Below are positions 38,543 through 48,048 of a DNA stretch of 64,000 nucleotides, piece by piece; position 1 is the first letter of the stretch; each line of letters begins with the position of its first letter. A program made the translations under genes and the position numbers. This DNA is from Candidatus Microgenomatus sp. (GTDB lineage: Bacteria > Patescibacteriota > Minisyncoccia > UBA6257 > GWB1-50-10), in the NCBI GenBank assembly GCA_020724805.1, contig DYGI01000001.1, positions 303,157-367,156 on the forward strand, read 5' to 3'. Under the pieces are notes generated by a model. It did no database searches, had not been told where the DNA came from, and saw only the letters and a list, made by a program, of their open reading frames with translations.

Positions 38543-39232
38543 ATGAAGACGATAGGGTTGGATGTGGGAGGTTCTATGGTACGCGCGGTGCGTTGGAACG
38601 GCATCCGCGTAGAAAAGCTCGCGGTGGCAAAAACGCCGCGGAGCGCGCCGGAACTCACAAAAACTCTCCGGCGCATGGTGAAAAAGTTAGAAGAGCATAC
38701 ACCCCTCAAAGTGGGTGCGGGTTTCGCGGGCGTCATTGAAGGTGGAAAGATCAAAATGAGCCCGAATAACCGCTTTCTTAAAGGGTATAACGTTACGAAG
38801 GAGTTCGGTCGTGCGGTGAGGGTAGAAAACGATGCCCGCGCGCTTGCGCGTGCGGAGTATGCGCTCGGGGCAGGAAAAGGGGCGTCGCGCGCTCTTTTTT
38901 TCACGTTCGGTACGGGAATAGGGCGCGCCTACGGCGTACGCGGCGCGGTGAAACGGGTGAAACGATTCGAATATCCAGAAAAATGGGAAAAGCATTACCA
39001 GCGCGTGAAAGGCGCCGTGGCGCTCGCGCCGTTTCTCGCGGAACATCTTGAGCCGCTCATCCGTCTCTACAAACCGAGAGTGGTGGTTGCGGGCGGAGCG
39101 GTCGCGGAGAAAAAAGGATTTATGGCGCTCTTTCGGCGCGAGCTGAAGAAAAAAGGGTTCGCGGGTGAAGTGAGGGGCGCGAAGCTCGGCACGCTCGCCG
39201 GAGCAATAGGAGCGGCTATGTTGATGCAATGA
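38543..39232 (+). CDS. ROK-family sugar kinase-like protein (short)
   Basis: IGLDVGGS N-terminal ATPase motif and ENDARALA ROK signature. Confidence 0.55.
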   Translation: MKTIGLDVGGSMVRAVRWNGIRVEKLAVAKTPRSAPELTKTLRRMVKKLEEHTPLKVGAGFAGVIEGGKIKMSPNNRFLKGYNVTKEFGRAVRVENDARALARAEYALGAGKGASRALFFTFGTGIGRAYGVRGAVKRVKRFEYPEKWEKHYQRVKGAVALAPFLAEHLEPLIRLYKPRVVVAGGAVAEKKGFMALFRRELKKKGFAGEVRGAKLGTLAGAIGAAMLMQ

Positions 39233-40380
39233 AGAAAGAACACTTCTTTTTTGGCGCGGCATCGAGCGCCCATCAAGTGGAGGGTGGGCAAATGAATGAT
39301 TGGTCGGAGTGGGAAGCGCGAACCGGTCACGAACGATCGGGGACTGCGGCGGACCACTGGAACCGGTACGAGGAGGATTTCGATATCGCAAAAAAGCTTG
39401 GGCATAACGCACACCGCTTTTCCATCGAATGGTCGCGGGTGGAGCCGGAGGAGGGGAGGTTCGATGAGGCGGCACTCGAGCATTACGTGAAGGTCGTACA
39501 GGCGCTTCGGGCGCGAGGTATGGAACCGTTTGTCACACTTTGGCATTTTACGCTTCCGGTATGGGTCGCGCGCCAGGGAGGATGGGAGTCGGAGAAGACC
39601 GTGCACCACTTTGCGCGCTACGTGGGGCGTGTCGCCGCGCGCCTGAAGGACGACGTGAAGTTTTGGATACCGCTCAATGAGCCAGAGATCTATTCCCATA
39701 TGTCATATCTGGTCGGCAAGTGGCCTCCGGCGGCGAAGAATCCGTTCCGCACTGTATCGGTACTGCTTCGCCTCGCCCGCGCCCATCGCGCGGCCTACGC
39801 GGTTTTGAAGGGTATTGCCCCCACCGCGGAGATAGGAATTGCCAAAAATCACATGTATTTCGAAGCGGCGGGGAAAAACCAGTGGAACGAGATGTTGAAA
39901 GCGTGTGCTGACTGGTGGTGGAACTTCTTCTTTCTCGATCGGGCGAAGGACTCGCTCGACTTCGTCGGCGTCAATTTTTACTTTCACAATCGTATCGACG
40001 GGTGGTTTAATAAAAATCGGAATGAACAAGCGAGCGATATGGGGTGGGAGCTTCTCCCCGAAACGCTTTACCACGCGCTTGCGGAACTCTCCCGGTACCA
40101 GAAACCGCTCTATGTGACGGAGAACGGACTTGCCGATGCGAAGGATGTGTATCGCGCGGAGTATATCACGGAGGCACTGAAGGCAGTGGCCCATGCGCGG
40201 CGCGAAGGGGTGGAGGTACGGGGCTATCTTCACTGGGCGCTCACCGATAACTTTGAATGGGCAGACGGATTTTTCCCGCGCTTCGGGCTCGTCGCGATCG
40301 ATTATGAAACGCAAAAACGGACGATACGGAAAAGCGCGATGGTCTATCGCGATATGATAAAAAAGTGGCCTAACATCTGA
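39229..40380 (+). CDS. Glycoside hydrolase family 1 beta-glucosidase
   Basis: HRFSIEWSR, acid/base LNEP, nucleophile YVTENG. Confidence 0.85.
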   Translation: MKKEHFFFGAASSAHQVEGGQMNDWSEWEARTGHERSGTAADHWNRYEEDFDIAKKLGHNAHRFSIEWSRVEPEEGRFDEAALEHYVKVVQALRARGMEPFVTLWHFTLPVWVARQGGWESEKTVHHFARYVGRVAARLKDDVKFWIPLNEPEIYSHMSYLVGKWPPAAKNPFRTVSVLLRLARAHRAAYAVLKGIAPTAEIGIAKNHMYFEAAGKNQWNEMLKACADWWWNFFFLDRAKDSLDFVGVNFYFHNRIDGWFNKNRNEQASDMGWELLPETLYHALAELSRYQKPLYVTENGLADAKDVYRAEYITEALKAVAHARREGVEVRGYLHWALTDNFEWADGFFPRFGLVAIDYETQKRTIRKSAMVYRDMIKKWPNI

Positions 40381-40383
40381 AAT

Positions 40384-41280
40384 ATGCATTGGAGTATCGT
40401 TGCCATCGCTGCGTATCTTGCGAATGCTGGAGTCGGCATCGTGGATAAGTTTCTTCTGAAGCGTCTCATCCCGCACCCGGCGGTGTATACGTTCTTTGTG
40501 AGTCTCACCGGAGGGGTGGTGATAGTGGCCGCACCGTTTGTCCTTGAAGATGCGCCAGCGCCGGTGCTTGCGACGAGCGCGATAACCGCGCTCGCATTTT
40601 CCGCGGCTCTTTTCTGTTATTACGCCGCGCTTCAAAGGAACGAGGCGTCACGGGTCATCCCTCTTGTGGGGAGTCTCACGCCGGTCGCGGTACTTGTGTT
40701 CGCGGGTCTTTTTCTCGGCGAGACGCTCACGTGGCTGCAACTTGTGGGTTTTATACTTGTGATGCTTGGCACTGCGGTACTCGCGGAGGAGGGAAACGCC
40801 CGCACGCGTCTTGGCATGCATACCATCCTGCTCGGAGTTTTCTCCGCAACGCTCTTTGGCGCCGCACATGTGGCGGCAAAATATCTCTATACCATTCATC
40901 CATTCGGGAGCGGCATCGTATGGCGCGGTATCGCGAGTATCGTGGTGGCATTCCTTATTTTTGTGATACCCATGAACCGGCGGCGCATTGTCGCGGAGCT
41001 CACCGATAAGGAAACGAAGACCGAAGGAATAGTGCTTTTGGGGCAGGCGATGGGTGGTACGGGGTTCCTTCTTTTTAACTACGCGCTCTCTCTCGGCCCC
41101 GCAACATTGGTGAATGCGCTCGCGGGCGTGCAATACGGGATTTTATTTCTCGGTACTCTCGTACTTTCGCGAATGGCGCCGCGGGTGATACGGGAGGCGC
41201 ACTCACGCCGCGAGATAGCGATGAAAAGCGCGGGACTTTTGGTGGTCGCGGGAGGGCTCGCGGTCATATTTCTCGTATGA
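40384..41280 (+). CDS. EamA/DMT-family transporter
   Basis: Ten-TM protein with duplicated EamA-like halves. Confidence 0.7.
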   Translation: MHWSIVAIAAYLANAGVGIVDKFLLKRLIPHPAVYTFFVSLTGGVVIVAAPFVLEDAPAPVLATSAITALAFSAALFCYYAALQRNEASRVIPLVGSLTPVAVLVFAGLFLGETLTWLQLVGFILVMLGTAVLAEEGNARTRLGMHTILLGVFSATLFGAAHVAAKYLYTIHPFGSGIVWRGIASIVVAFLIFVIPMNRRRIVAELTDKETKTEGIVLLGQAMGGTGFLLFNYALSLGPATLVNALAGVQYGILFLGTLVLSRMAPRVIREAHSRREIAMKSAGLLVVAGGLAVIFLV

Positions 41281-42314
41281 GCACGGGGCGTCTGAGAAAA
41301 ATAGTGCTTGGCACGTTCACGACTCTTCTCCTGCTCTATGGGCTCTCGTGGATTCCTACCTATGAGAATCCGAGCGCGGTATGGGGAGTTACGTGGAGTC
41401 AATATTATGCGATGGAAGAACTGGGGCTTGATTGGCGTCCGGCGTATCTTGCGCTCCTCGACGAGCTGCGTCCGCCGAAACTCCGCCTTATCGCGTATTG
41501 GCAATATCACGAGCCGGACGAAGGAACATTTCGTTTTGACGACCTTGATTGGCAGATAGAGGAAGCGGCGAAACGCGATATTCCCGTGACGCTTTCCATC
41601 GGTCACCGCGTTCCTCGGTGGCCGGAGTGTCATTCGCCCGAGTGGGCAAAGAGAAAAACGGAGGAGGAATTCGGCGCCGCATTGAAACGCTATCTTTCGG
41701 CGGTGGTGACACGGTATCGCGAAGTGCCGGTGCTCGAGCGGTGGCAGGTGGAAAACGAGCCCTACATTCGCGTGTTCGGCATTTGTCCACCGCTCAATGT
41801 GGATTTTTTACATGAGGAATTCGAACTTGTACGCGCGCTTGACCCTTCCCGTCCCGTGCTTCTTACCGATTCCGGCGAACTTTCCACGTGGCGCAAGAAT
41901 ATAGGATATCCTGATGTGGTGGGCACCACGCTTTACCGAACCGCGTGGAACCCTTATACCGGGTGGTGGACGAGCGTGTTCCCGCCGTTTTGGTACACCG
42001 CGCGCGCGTGGATGCTTGAAATGACGGGCGCGGATGAGGTCATCGTGGCCGAACTTCAAGCCGAACCGTGGGCTCCCGGGGGCCGTAGCATCGTGGCGGT
42101 GCCGTTCGACGAACAGATCGAACGGTATGACGTGGAGGAGTTCAAGCGGATGGAAATTTTTGCGCGCGCCACGGGACTTCCCGAAATTTATCTTTGGGGC
42201 GCCGAGTGGTGGTATTGGCGAAAGGAGCGCGGTGACGACTTGTTTTGGAACGAAGCAAAAGCGCTTTTCGCAACCTCGGGCGGTGTTGACACGCGTGGTA
42301 TGATGGAACCATGA
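41277..42314 (+). CDS. Secreted clan GH-A (TIM-barrel) glycoside hydrolase-like protein
   Basis: N-terminal signal/TM segment; WQVENEP acid/base-like motif. Confidence 0.45.
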   Translation: MSTGRLRKIVLGTFTTLLLLYGLSWIPTYENPSAVWGVTWSQYYAMEELGLDWRPAYLALLDELRPPKLRLIAYWQYHEPDEGTFRFDDLDWQIEEAAKRDIPVTLSIGHRVPRWPECHSPEWAKRKTEEEFGAALKRYLSAVVTRYREVPVLERWQVENEPYIRVFGICPPLNVDFLHEEFELVRALDPSRPVLLTDSGELSTWRKNIGYPDVVGTTLYRTAWNPYTGWWTSVFPPFWYTARAWMLEMTGADEVIVAELQAEPWAPGGRSIVAVPFDEQIERYDVEEFKRMEIFARATGLPEIYLWGAEWWYWRKERGDDLFWNEAKALFATSGGVDTRGMMEP

Positions 42315-42544
42315 AGAATGTGACCATCTATACCACCCCCTCGTGCGTCTATTGCAAAATGGCGAAGGCATTCTTTGCGGAAAAAAAGATGGCTTACACC
42401 GAGTACGATGTGGTCACCGACCTCAAAGCGCGCGCTACGATGGTGCAGAAATCGGGCCAGCTTGGTGTGCCGGTTATTGAGGTGGGAGACGTTGTTATTG
42501 TGGGGTTTAACAAAGAAGCGCTCGAACACGCGCTTGGGGTATAA
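42311..42544 (+). CDS. Glutaredoxin/NrdH-like thiol-disulfide protein
   Basis: 77 aa with CVYC active site. Confidence 0.75.
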   Translation: MKNVTIYTTPSCVYCKMAKAFFAEKKMAYTEYDVVTDLKARATMVQKSGQLGVPVIEVGDVVIVGFNKEALEHALGV

Positions 42545-42555
42545 TATTTGAATAT

Positions 42556-42993
42556 ATGAATAAAGCATGGTATTTGGTGTTGGGGATAGCGGTGCTTGTC
42601 GGCGCGTTCTTTCTTTTTGCGCAGGAAAGTGCGCCGAATGGAACGCTTTCTACCGAAACACCCGCGCCGGAAGCGGGGAATGAGCGCACTATCCGGGTGA
42701 CCGCAGAAGGTTTTGTACCGTCCGCGCTTACCATTAAAAAAGGAGAGAGCGTGACGTGGATGAATGAGACGGATAGGAATGTATGGCCCGCCTCGGCGAT
42801 GCACCCGACCCATATGGTGTACCCGGGGTCCGATATTAAAAAGTGCGATACGGCGGAGGCTGCGACCATTTTTGACTCATGTGCGGGCATTACTCCCGGA
42901 AGTTCCTGGTCTTTCGTATTTAACGAGGTGGGCACGTGGAAGTATCATGACCATCTTCGCGCGACCGTGTTCGGTTCGATAACCGTTCAATAG
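42556..42993 (+). CDS. Secreted cupredoxin-like domain protein
   Basis: Signal peptide; C-terminal His/Cys/Met pattern (C...YHDH) loosely resembling a cupredoxin. Confidence 0.4.
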   Translation: MNKAWYLVLGIAVLVGAFFLFAQESAPNGTLSTETPAPEAGNERTIRVTAEGFVPSALTIKKGESVTWMNETDRNVWPASAMHPTHMVYPGSDIKKCDTAEAATIFDSCAGITPGSSWSFVFNEVGTWKYHDHLRATVFGSITVQ

Positions 42994-43014
42994 CGAGGTA
43001 GAATGGCGGGGCAT

Positions 43015-44094
43015 ATGCCCCGCATTATTCTTCACCTTGATATGGACGCGTTCTTTGCCGCGGTGGAGGAGCGCGACGAGCCGCGCTTCGCGAGGCGGCC
43101 ACTCGTCGTCGGTGCGGATCCGAAAGGAGGAAAAGGGCGTGGGGTGGTGTCGACCGCGAATTACGCGGCGCGGAAGTATGGCATCCATTCCGCAATGCCC
43201 ATCTCCGAAGCATGGAGGAGAGCCGAAGCGGCAAAGAAACAGGGAGAGCCCGAGGCGGTGTTTCTCGGCGGAAGTTTTAAAAAATATGCGGAGGTGTCGG
43301 AGCGAATCATGGCACTCCTTCGCGCGAGAGCGGTGATTGTGGAGCAGGTGAGCGTGGACGAGGCGTTCGCAGACATAAGCGAAATGGGAAATTTCGGGAG
43401 CGCCGAAAAGTTCGCGCGCGAATTGAAAACCGAGATACAAAAGAAGGAGAGGCTCACCTGTTCGGTGGGTATCGGTCCGAACAAGCTCATTGCGAAGATA
43501 GCGTCGGATAGGCAAAAACCCAACGGGCTCACGGTGGTAGGTCCTGAGCTTGTCGAAGGATTCCTCGCACCACTTCCCATCCGTGTTATTCCTGGTATCG
43601 GGCCGAAAACAGGAGCCGCGCTCGCGCGGAAAGGCATTACCACCATCGCGGAGCTTCAGAAATTGCCACTCGAAGTGCTGGTCGCCGATTTCGGGAAGTG
43701 GGGGAGCGATCTTTATGGAAAAGCGCGCGGCGAGGACGATTCGCCGGTCGAAGAGAGAGGCGAGGCGAAATCGGTGGGCGAGCAGGAGACGTTTGAGGAG
43801 GATACGAAAGATATGAATATTTTGACCGCGCGCCTCAAGTCGCTCGCGTCCGAAGTACACCGCCGTTTCACGAAGGATGGGTTCAAAACCTTTCGTACCG
43901 TGGTGTTCACCGTGCGATTCGCCGATTTCGAGACGAAGAGTAGGGCGCATACGCTCTCCGAGCCCGCACACACGCGGGAGTCGTTAGAGTTCGAGGCGCT
44001 GAAGCTTCTCCTCCCATTCATTGATCGCCGTGAGAACCCGAAAGGAAAGAAAATCCGCCTTATCGGTGTCCGGGTGGAAAAGTTGACCTCCTAG
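43015..44094 (+). CDS. dinB: DNA polymerase IV (Y-family)
   Basis: MPRIILHLDMDAFFAAVEERD...SVDEAF; the start is at ATG 43015, with TAGAAT 10 nt upstream. Confidence 0.9.
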   Translation: MPRIILHLDMDAFFAAVEERDEPRFARRPLVVGADPKGGKGRGVVSTANYAARKYGIHSAMPISEAWRRAEAAKKQGEPEAVFLGGSFKKYAEVSERIMALLRARAVIVEQVSVDEAFADISEMGNFGSAEKFARELKTEIQKKERLTCSVGIGPNKLIAKIASDRQKPNGLTVVGPELVEGFLAPLPIRVIPGIGPKTGAALARKGITTIAELQKLPLEVLVADFGKWGSDLYGKARGEDDSPVEERGEAKSVGEQETFEEDTKDMNILTARLKSLASEVHRRFTKDGFKTFRTVVFTVRFADFETKSRAHTLSEPAHTRESLEFEALKLLLPFIDRRENPKGKKIRLIGVRVEKLTS

Positions 44095-44160
44095 TGGGCG
44101 GTAGGGTACCGTGGAAACACGTTCTTTTTATTCACGCATATCGACGAAAGGAGGTTTGTA

Positions 44161-44654
44161 TGACCTATACGCTCCCGCCGCCTCTTGAGGCGCGCGCGAA
44201 GGAAGTATGGTCGTTCGGGGAATTGGGAGGCGTGGGCGCCGAGGTGCTCCACAACGCTGTGGCCCCGTACGGCCCGAAGGTGAAGCTCGGCATGGTGTCG
44301 GGCCCCATCTCGACCGGTGGGTTGGGGAGTGTGGAGGCCAATATGGTGGCGTTTGAAGGTACCGTGGCGCTTCTTGAACTTATAGGGGTGCCTCTCTTCA
44401 ATCAGCTCCCGTTCGAGCCGCACATGTGGAGGATCGCAAAGCGAGAAGGGGTGGACTTCAACCCTCGCGAGCTTCTCGAAGGTTTCTATCTCCCGCTTCT
44501 TATGAGCGGCCGTATCGGAACCCTCTACTTCATTCATGGGTGGGAGGGTTCGAGCGGTGCGCGGTGGGAGCATGGGAAAACCATCGAGCTCGGCTTGGGG
44601 AGGATTTTTCTCCCCCAAGATTTCCATCGTCTCCAGTTTCGTAAGGAGCCCTGA
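44161..44654 (+). CDS. Hypothetical protein (164 aa), possibly a nucleoside-deoxyribosyltransferase-like fold
   Basis: RBS aaaggagg; GMVSGPISTGG motif; the fold assignment is speculative. Confidence 0.45.
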
Positions 44655-44719
44655 ACCGAAAGGTGAGGGGCTCTTTTTTGTTTGGTGTTACATTTTACCC
44701 TTCTCGTTCGTATTACTTT

Positions 44720-44935
44720 ATGAAGACCATGAAACCATCGATATTAACCTTTGAAGCCAAGTCCGCCGCGGCCCCGCGGAGACGTTCCGCGAAGGCCGTG
44801 GGGTATGCGAGCTACTATACTCCGCGCCGGCGCGACGGCGGCATTATGTTCGCGTGGAGCGTTATTGGGTTTACCTCCACGCTCATCATGGTAGGAATCG
44901 CATTCTTCACGTATGCCTTTACCCACCTCCCGTAG
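44720..44935 (+). CDS. Hypothetical small membrane protein (71 aa)
   Basis: C-terminal TM helix; followed by terminator ggctccg-cacg-cggagcc plus a T-run. Confidence 0.3.
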   Translation: MKTMKPSILTFEAKSAAAPRRRSAKAVGYASYYTPRRRDGGIMFAWSVIGFTSTLIMVGIAFFTYAFTHLP

Positions 44936-45003
44936 CGCTCATTCGTCGCAAACCAGCGGCTCCGCACGCGGAGCCGTTTTAGGTTATGATGGAAAAGCAA
45001 TGG

Positions 45004-45079
45004 ACCCCGTTAGAAATCGCGCTCACGACGAAGTCGCGAGTCCTTCAAGGACCGCTGGCGCGGCTATTTCTAACGGGGT
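45004..45079. repeat. Palindromic structured leader element, copy C (76 bp; ACCCCGTTAGAAAT...ATTTCTAACGGGGT)
   Basis: Same architecture as copies A and B, with compensatory substitutions in both internal hairpins; the right terminus overlaps the GTG start of the ECF sigma gene. Confidence 0.85.
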
Positions 45080-45638
45080 GGAAGTAAGCGCCCTTGTTCG
45101 TGCTTTCAAGAAGGGAGACCGCAATGCGTTCGGCGGTATTTACGATGAGTATGCGGAGCGTATCTACCGCTTCTTTTTTTCGCGTACCGCAAACAAGGAA
45201 CTTTCCGAGGACCTCACGAGCGACACGTTTCGTAAAGCGCTTGAGCACCTCGCGGATTATAAGGAGGGGAAGGGAAGTCTTACCTCGTGGCTCTACACCA
45301 TCGCGCGCAATACGCTCACAGACCATTGGCGCACCGCGAAGGGAGATGCGCCGCTCGACGAAGCGCTTGAACTCGGGGCCTCCATTGATATGGCGGGCCA
45401 CGCGGACGCGAAAGAGCAATTGGCGAAAGTGAAAGCGTATCTCACAAAGCTTTCTGCGGACGAGCGTCAGGTGGTGCTCCTGCGGGTATGGGACGAGCTT
45501 TCCTACGCGGAAATCGCGGAAACCATGGGACGCACTGAGGGGTCGGCGAAGATGCTTTTCTCGCGCACGGTCCAGAAAATGAGGCGCGACCTTCCCTTTG
45601 CGGCCGTTATGCTTTTCCTCATCAATCGTATTCATTAA
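45078..45638 (+). CDS. ECF-type sigma-70 family factor (GTG start)
   Basis: Region 2 (IYDEYAERIYRFF...DLTSDTF) and region 4 HTH (LSYAEIAETMGRTEGSAKMLFSR). Confidence 0.8.
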   Translation: MEVSALVRAFKKGDRNAFGGIYDEYAERIYRFFFSRTANKELSEDLTSDTFRKALEHLADYKEGKGSLTSWLYTIARNTLTDHWRTAKGDAPLDEALELGASIDMAGHADAKEQLAKVKAYLTKLSADERQVVLLRVWDELSYAEIAETMGRTEGSAKMLFSRTVQKMRRDLPFAAVMLFLINRIH

Positions 45639-45644
45639 AGGATT

Positions 45645-47132
45645 ATGGACACGCGCATCAAAGAAATTTTGAAGGACCTTGCGGCGCTTGACCCTGCGTT
45701 CAAGGACGAACGCGCGGTGCGTCCGCTCGTGGAGCACCTCTTGGCGCTGGCTCCGCGCGGCGGGATGGACGATTCATTCAAGTCGCGTTTGCGGCGCGAG
45801 CTCATTGCGACCGCTTCGGCGCTTCCCTCGCGCCCAATGTCCGCGGCGCAGTTTTTCGCGTCGTGGGGGAATGTGGTCTATGCGGGCGCGGGCGCGCTCG
45901 CGGTGCTCCTCGTGCTCTTCGGCGTGTTCTACAGCCCGGGGCTTCTCGCTCCCTCGAGCGGCGTGAGCGTGGTAGCGGTTCGTGAGCGCGCGTTCGGCGA
46001 TCTTGCCACCCAAGGCGCTCTCGGCATGGGAGCCTCCGCAATGAAAGGCGGTGCGGAGAGTGCGCCGACGCCTGAAGGCGATATCGCGGTGCGGAGTGTG
46101 GCGCCTTCCATGGCGTTCGGTATGGGAGGCGGCACGGGCGCGGGAGGTCCCATCGATATGCCCTCGCCGCTCATTTATCCGGCGCCCGAGGTTCCGCGTA
46201 TCGATTTCGTATATCGCGGGGCGTTTCCTGAAATCGGGGACACGGTGGACGTGTTGCGGCGCGTGAAGCCCGAGGTGGCGGCGGGAGGCGCGGTCACCAC
46301 GCTTCGGCGTTTCGCGATGGGGCTTTTGGACCTCGGCGAATTTTCCGGTGCGCGCGTGGAATCGTTCGCGCTTTCTGAAAACGAGCCGTATGGTTACACG
46401 GTGTATGTGAATCCGGCGGAAGGTACGGTATCCATCGGCCAGAACTGGCGGCAGTGGCCGCAGTTCATCGATGGTCCCACGATGGGGGAAGGCATGGCGC
46501 TTCCGCCCGATGCGGAGCTCATCGCGCTTGCCGATGCATTTTTGGATGAATACGACATCGACCGGAACGGATATGGTGACCCGGTGGTTCAGAAGGCGTG
46601 GAGTATGGACCCTCTTGCGCTCGAGAAGTCCATCATGCCGGCATACGTTCAGGAAGTGCCTATCATTTACCCGTATCTTGTGAACGGCGAACCCATCTTT
46701 GACGAAGGCGGGAATCCCACCGGACTTTATGTCGGTGTGAATGTGAAAGAAAAGCGCGTGTCGAACGTGTCGGGCCTCATGACGCGTCGATACGAATCGT
46801 CCGCGTACGCGGCGGAGCGCGACGTTGAGCGGCTCTTGGGATACGCGGAAGGCCGCTATTGGTATGGTGAGGGCGCGCGCACGGTTACGGTGGAGGTGGA
46901 TGCGCCGACCAAGGGGTATGTGACGACGTGGACGTGGAATGGGAGCGAAGGGTCGGAAGTGGTGGTGCCCGCGCTCATTTTCCCGATACCGGAAAATCTC
47001 AATATTCCCAATATGTATTTCCCGAAAAACCTGGTGGTGCCGCTTGCAAAGGAACTTATCGACCGAAATATGGGTGGCCCTATCCGCATCATGTCCGACT
47101 CGATAGAAGTGATGTCTCCGCCGAGCCAATAG
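45645..47132 (+). CDS. Putative anti-sigma factor (cytoplasmic N-terminal domain, one TM helix, large extracytoplasmic domain)
   Basis: Immediately downstream of the ECF sigma gene; topology typical of anti-sigma factors; no recognised catalytic motif. Confidence 0.45.
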   Translation: MDTRIKEILKDLAALDPAFKDERAVRPLVEHLLALAPRGGMDDSFKSRLRRELIATASALPSRPMSAAQFFASWGNVVYAGAGALAVLLVLFGVFYSPGLLAPSSGVSVVAVRERAFGDLATQGALGMGASAMKGGAESAPTPEGDIAVRSVAPSMAFGMGGGTGAGGPIDMPSPLIYPAPEVPRIDFVYRGAFPEIGDTVDVLRRVKPEVAAGGAVTTLRRFAMGLLDLGEFSGARVESFALSENEPYGYTVYVNPAEGTVSIGQNWRQWPQFIDGPTMGEGMALPPDAELIALADAFLDEYDIDRNGYGDPVVQKAWSMDPLALEKSIMPAYVQEVPIIYPYLVNGEPIFDEGGNPTGLYVGVNVKEKRVSNVSGLMTRRYESSAYAAERDVERLLGYAEGRYWYGEGARTVTVEVDAPTKGYVTTWTWNGSEGSEVVVPALIFPIPENLNIPNMYFPKNLVVPLAKELIDRNMGGPIRIMSDSIEVMSPPSQ

Positions 47133-47146
47133 CGAAATGACCGCAG

Positions 47147-47177
47147 AAAACCCGCCTCGCAGGCGGGTTTTTGTTTT
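47147..47177 (+). terminator. Rho-independent terminator
   Basis: cccgcct-cgc-aggcggg followed by tttttgtttt. Confidence 0.8.
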
Positions 47178-47187
47178 ACCCCACACA

Positions 47188-47217
47188 TTGACAAATGCCC
47201 ATATTTAGTGCTATAAT
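47188..47217 (+). promoter_or_regulatory. Sigma-70 consensus promoter TTGACA-18-TATAAT
   Basis: Exact hexamers at 47188-47193 and 47212-47217; drives the gene at 47261. Confidence 0.6.
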
Positions 47218-47260
47218 GAGAGCAGAATAATTCCCAACCCTCACTTCACTGGAGGTTCTC

Positions 47261-47905
47261 GTGTACGAACTTATGGTCTTTGCGACCGCGGCGCTTATGA
47301 CGCTCGCGGCAGTGGACTATGTACGCCGTGCGTGGAAGCGGGAAACAAACCCGGTGCCGGCAACGTGGATTCTCATGATGGTCATGATGAGCCTTTCGTT
47401 CTGGATGTACTGGGTAAGTCCTCAGAAGTCATGGACCGGCAATATCGGCGTCACGGCAGGGATTTTGAACATCATCATCATTCTTGTCGGCGTACTTGCA
47501 GTGAAGATGCGTGACCACGTGCTTCATGTGGCCTTTGATAAGGTTCAGAAGTGGTGCCTGGCGTTCGGCGGTGCGGTGGTGGTGTTCTGGTTTTTAACCA
47601 AAGCCCCGCTCATTGCGTATACGCTCGTCCAGTGCATCGCACTTATCGCATACTTCGCTACGGTGAAGCGCCTATGGAACGCCGAGCGAAGCACTGAGCC
47701 TTATTTCATATGGGCCGCGGTGCTCTGCGCGAATCTCTGTGCACTCTATCCCGCGTGGGTGAGGAGTGATACGTTCGCATGGATTTATCTCTCGCGGGCG
47801 ATTCCTTCCACCATCTTCATGATCTTTCTCATTGCGCGGGTTAAGCGGCGTGTCGCGCGTGTGGAATTTGCTTCCGCGCAGATGTTTGAACGGGCCTCGT
47901 CGTAG
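47261..47905 (+). CDS. Hypothetical polytopic membrane protein (GTG start)
   Basis: RBS ggagg, then GTG; about 6 TM helices. Confidence 0.5.
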   Translation: MYELMVFATAALMTLAAVDYVRRAWKRETNPVPATWILMMVMMSLSFWMYWVSPQKSWTGNIGVTAGILNIIIILVGVLAVKMRDHVLHVAFDKVQKWCLAFGGAVVVFWFLTKAPLIAYTLVQCIALIAYFATVKRLWNAERSTEPYFIWAAVLCANLCALYPAWVRSDTFAWIYLSRAIPSTIFMIFLIARVKRRVARVEFASAQMFERASS

Positions 47906-48048
47906 TGCGGGTTGGTATCATCAGCGTCCGGTTTTCCGAAAGGGGAACCGGCGCTTTCTTTTTGGTTTTCATTGACTTTTCCTTGTGTAAATTGTATTCT
48001 ATACCGCAGACAATTTGTCACACTAAATAACTCATAAGGAGAAGAAAC

